NCBI GenBank assembly: GCA_904063045.1
Contig: CAJFCJ010000012.1
Location: 930,001 to 994,000, forward strand
From: Dimorphilus gyrociliatus
Lineage: Eukaryota > Animalia > Annelida
Direction: 5' to 3'
Length of the DNA stretch: 64,000 nucleotides
Made by a program: the position numbers and the translations under genes. Below the pieces are notes generated by a model. It did no database searches and was not told the origin of the DNA. It was given only the letters and a program-made list of their open reading frames with translations. How positions within the stretch are numbered: position 1 is the stretch's first letter; the number at the start of each line of letters is the position of its first letter. Positions 61,223 through 64,000 of this stretch are shown here, piece by piece.

Positions 61223-62156
61223 TCAATTATAATAATCAAATTCTATATTTTGCCTTTCTAAATTCTCATCATTTTCTGAAAATGTATCATTCTGATTATT
61301 ATGACGTTGCATTGATGCAGTATTAACTATGACACTCATTTTATGGGCTCCCTGATGTTCCTGAGACTCCGGACGTTCCTGAGCTTCCAGTTGTTCCTGA
61401 GCTTCCGGTCTTTCCATCATAGGTTGTAGCTGTATTTCACCTGGATCATGTTCTTTATTTCTTCTATATATCTTTTTAACGATCCAGATGGTGAACAGAA
61501 TTAACAACCCTAAAAAGGCTATAAGTAAAAAACTGTATCCTATTAAGTTGGTTGCACCACCGTTGCTGATTACTTCCTCTGACACTACTGATTAAAATAA
61601 AATAAATAAATAATTATGCAAATGCAAATTATATGATGATATGAAGAAATACCTTCTGAAGAGTTACATGGTACTACATTTCCTGAGGGAATCCATACAG
61701 GTTTACCATTCCTTACATCACTATCCTTGCAGGTATACTCATTTACAGTTCCGTTTCGACACGTTTGATTGCATTTGCTTCCAATAAAAGCAACACCATT
61801 GCAATCCATACCATACAAGAGAGTGCAATCTAAGAAAATGAATTTAAATATTTGCTTACATAAATTGTACAGACTTCTTACTTGGCGTAAATCCTCCTTT
61901 ACTTCTTCGAAGTTCAAAGCAATTATAGCTTGTCCCAGGACAAACCTTATCGTTGAAACCAACAGGACATCTTAAGCAATATACGCATGTTCTTGTTGAT
62001 TTATCAAAATATTTGTAGTCGCTGAATATGGATGAAATCTTGATTCCTATTGCTAACGAAATATTTTTCAACTTACTTTTCGGAGCATCTCGAGGCGGCA
62101 TCAAACTTAGAATATTTTTTGTTCCTTTTCATACGTAGTTGACTTTGTACGTCCAT
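61223..62156 (-). CDS. TNFR-cysteine-rich-domain plus sushi-like single-pass membrane protein (paralog B), 4 exons
   Basis: Exons 62156-62077, 62021-61882, 61829-61653 and 61587-61223 are in frame. RCSENDYKYFDKSTRTCVYCLRCPVGF..VCP..YNC (TNFR CRD pattern); C..C.G..GSKCNQTCRNG..YTC..G..VWIP..PC (CCP-like); TM LIGYSFLLIAFLGLLILFTIWIV. Start codon uncertain. Confidence 0.75.
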
Positions 62157-62902
62157 TTTCACTAATAATAGATCTATCATAGATTACGCTTATTTAGTGT
62201 TAAATGGAGAATAATTGAAAGGTGAGAAATACGAAAAAAGAAATACGAAGATAACTTCGAACGACGTATAATTAATATTTTTAACACACGTAAGAGTCTA
62301 AAACATATGCAAATACACGTAGTCCTATTCTTTTGTTGTAAACTAATAACTGTATTTTGATATAAGTTTTCTGTATAAAATTTGAAAGCTTAATACTGCA
62401 TATTATCTGTTGTATAGACCATAAAGAGAGCGGACTATAGATTTGAATTTAGTGAGTCATTAATGTATGATATCTGACAATATTAAATATTCTCATTTTA
62501 TATTACCTGGATAATAGTTAACTTTACATTAGTAAAAATTAATATAATTTGAAAAATATAGTAATTTGTCACATAGAACGAACATCCAGTAAAATTAAAT
62601 TAATTTTCAAAACGCACTTGGAAAAAATGGTCGTTTCCTCTACTAGGCTGGTTTCTGTTACATTTTACCTTGAAAAAGATATAATCCATAAAACGATACA
62701 TAAAATTTGTGCCAAAGGTCAAATTTTATGTAAACAAAAACAAATGTTTTAAAAAAATTGCTTTATACAAAATAATCCATTCATTTGGTACTATTGTCTT
62801 AATTAAATTAAAAATACTTTAACTTCTGAATAAGTCTGAATATTCATAATATGTCCAATAGCGTTTGAAAATTTATACACAACAGATGGCGTTGCCGAAC
62901 AT

Positions 62903-64000
62903 ATGTCTGCTGTTGAACGACGATTATCTATGTTGAGTTCGAAACTTTCAATTTTTTTGAGACGCTTCAGCGTAACAGCGTCGAAAACAGCTAATCTTAA
63001 TATAGGAGGTATTTATCCACCTATTGCAACGCCATTTGATCCTTCAGAGAATATTGACTATGGAAAATTAAATGAAAATCTTAAAGTATGGGAGGCGATT
63101 CCTTTCAGGGGCTATGTTGTCCAAGGTTCAAATGCCGAAACGGCCTATCTTAAATTGGATGAAAAAGTAAATATCGTTAAACACGTAAGAGAAAATGTTC
63201 CGTCTGAGAAATTAGTTATAGCTGGTTCAGGGTGTGAATCTACTAAGGAGACAGTAGAGTCATGTCAGCGAATGTCTGAAGTTGGTGCTGATGCTGTCTT
63301 AGTCAGAAATCCTTGTTTCTATAAAGGATCCATGACTGATAAAGCTTTAATTCAACACTATAGGACTGTTGCAGATAATTGCGATATTCCAGTTATATTA
63401 TACAGCGTCCCCGCAAACACAGGTATGCAGGAAAAATCTCAAAAAATAATTATTATATAGCTCTGTCATAAATTCATAGATAGTATATTATCTATATTTT
63501 TATTTTATCAATATTCTATTTAGGTTTAGAATTGCCGGAAAATGTGATAGTTGAACTCAGCAGTCATCAAAACATTATAGGTCTAAAAGATAGTGGAGGA
63601 GATGTAAGGTGAAGCAAAATTTCAAACGAATAAATCTAATTTATCTATTATCGATCAAAATAGATTACTAAACTTGCTGGGTTAGCTTTTAGAACATCTA
63701 AGAATAACTTTCAATTATTGGCCGGTTCAGCTAGTTTTCTCCTGCCCTCATACGTTGTTGGTAATACTAAATTAATTATCAAAAAAATGTTTAAAATTAC
63801 TAAATCAATTGAATATTTTCATTGTTCCTCAGGTTGCGTAGGTGGTGTTTGCGCATTAGCAAATATTCTAGGTCAAGCTTGTTGCGATCTTGAAAAACTT
63901 TTTAAAGAAGGTAAATTCGAAGAAGCTAAACTTCTTCAACAAAGGCTTGTCGCCCCTAATCAAGCTATTACGAAGAGATTTGGCATAGCTGGTCTGAAGA
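62903..64000 (+). CDS. HOGA1: 4-hydroxy-2-oxoglutarate aldolase, mitochondrial (DHDPS family); partial, continues past the right edge
   Basis: Exons 62903-63422, 63524-63603, 63664-63760 and 63833-. Presequence-like N-terminus, [47 protein letters not shown], Schiff-base [25 protein letters not shown]. Confidence 0.96.

Noticed and set aside
1-64000. tRNA, rRNA, snRNA genes, CRISPR arrays or prokaryotic operons
   Set aside because: No T-loop/cloverleaf, rRNA or repeat-spacer patterns were recognised, and the DNA is spliceosomal-intron-containing eukaryotic sequence.

Overview
Eukaryotic, strongly AT-rich, gene-dense DNA with many short GT-AG introns (mostly about 55-75 nt). This fits a miniaturised invertebrate genome; a lophotrochozoan or annelid source is an inference from gene content. 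I assembled about 21 spliced genes by hand. In order: a secreted mucin/multi-F-type-lectin gene (runs off the left edge), tetraspanin 1, a claudin/PMP22-like gene, a cyclase-family (KynB-like) protein with degenerate metal ligands, a non-alpha nicotinic-type Cys-loop subunit, tetraspanins 2 and 3, a protein made of two iGluR-like ligand-binding domains with no ion channel, a two-domain C-type lectin, four tandem triple-C1q-like genes, a 3xIg GPI-type gene with a frame disruption, an RDH-type SDR, a ~4300-aa sacsin-like gene, an intronless alpha-arrestin, a coiled-coil/EF-hand/CaaX gene, a Tc1 relic, two TNFR-like receptors, and HOGA1 (runs off the right edge). The standout is 21300-25886: signal peptide, two tandem S1-S2 clamshells each fused directly without M1-M2-M3, a Ser/Thr stalk and a GPI-like tail. 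It looks like a natural channel-less iGluR-type binding protein, conceptually an 'AChBP of the iGluR family'. All family assignments come from motif recognition by eye; no database searches were run.
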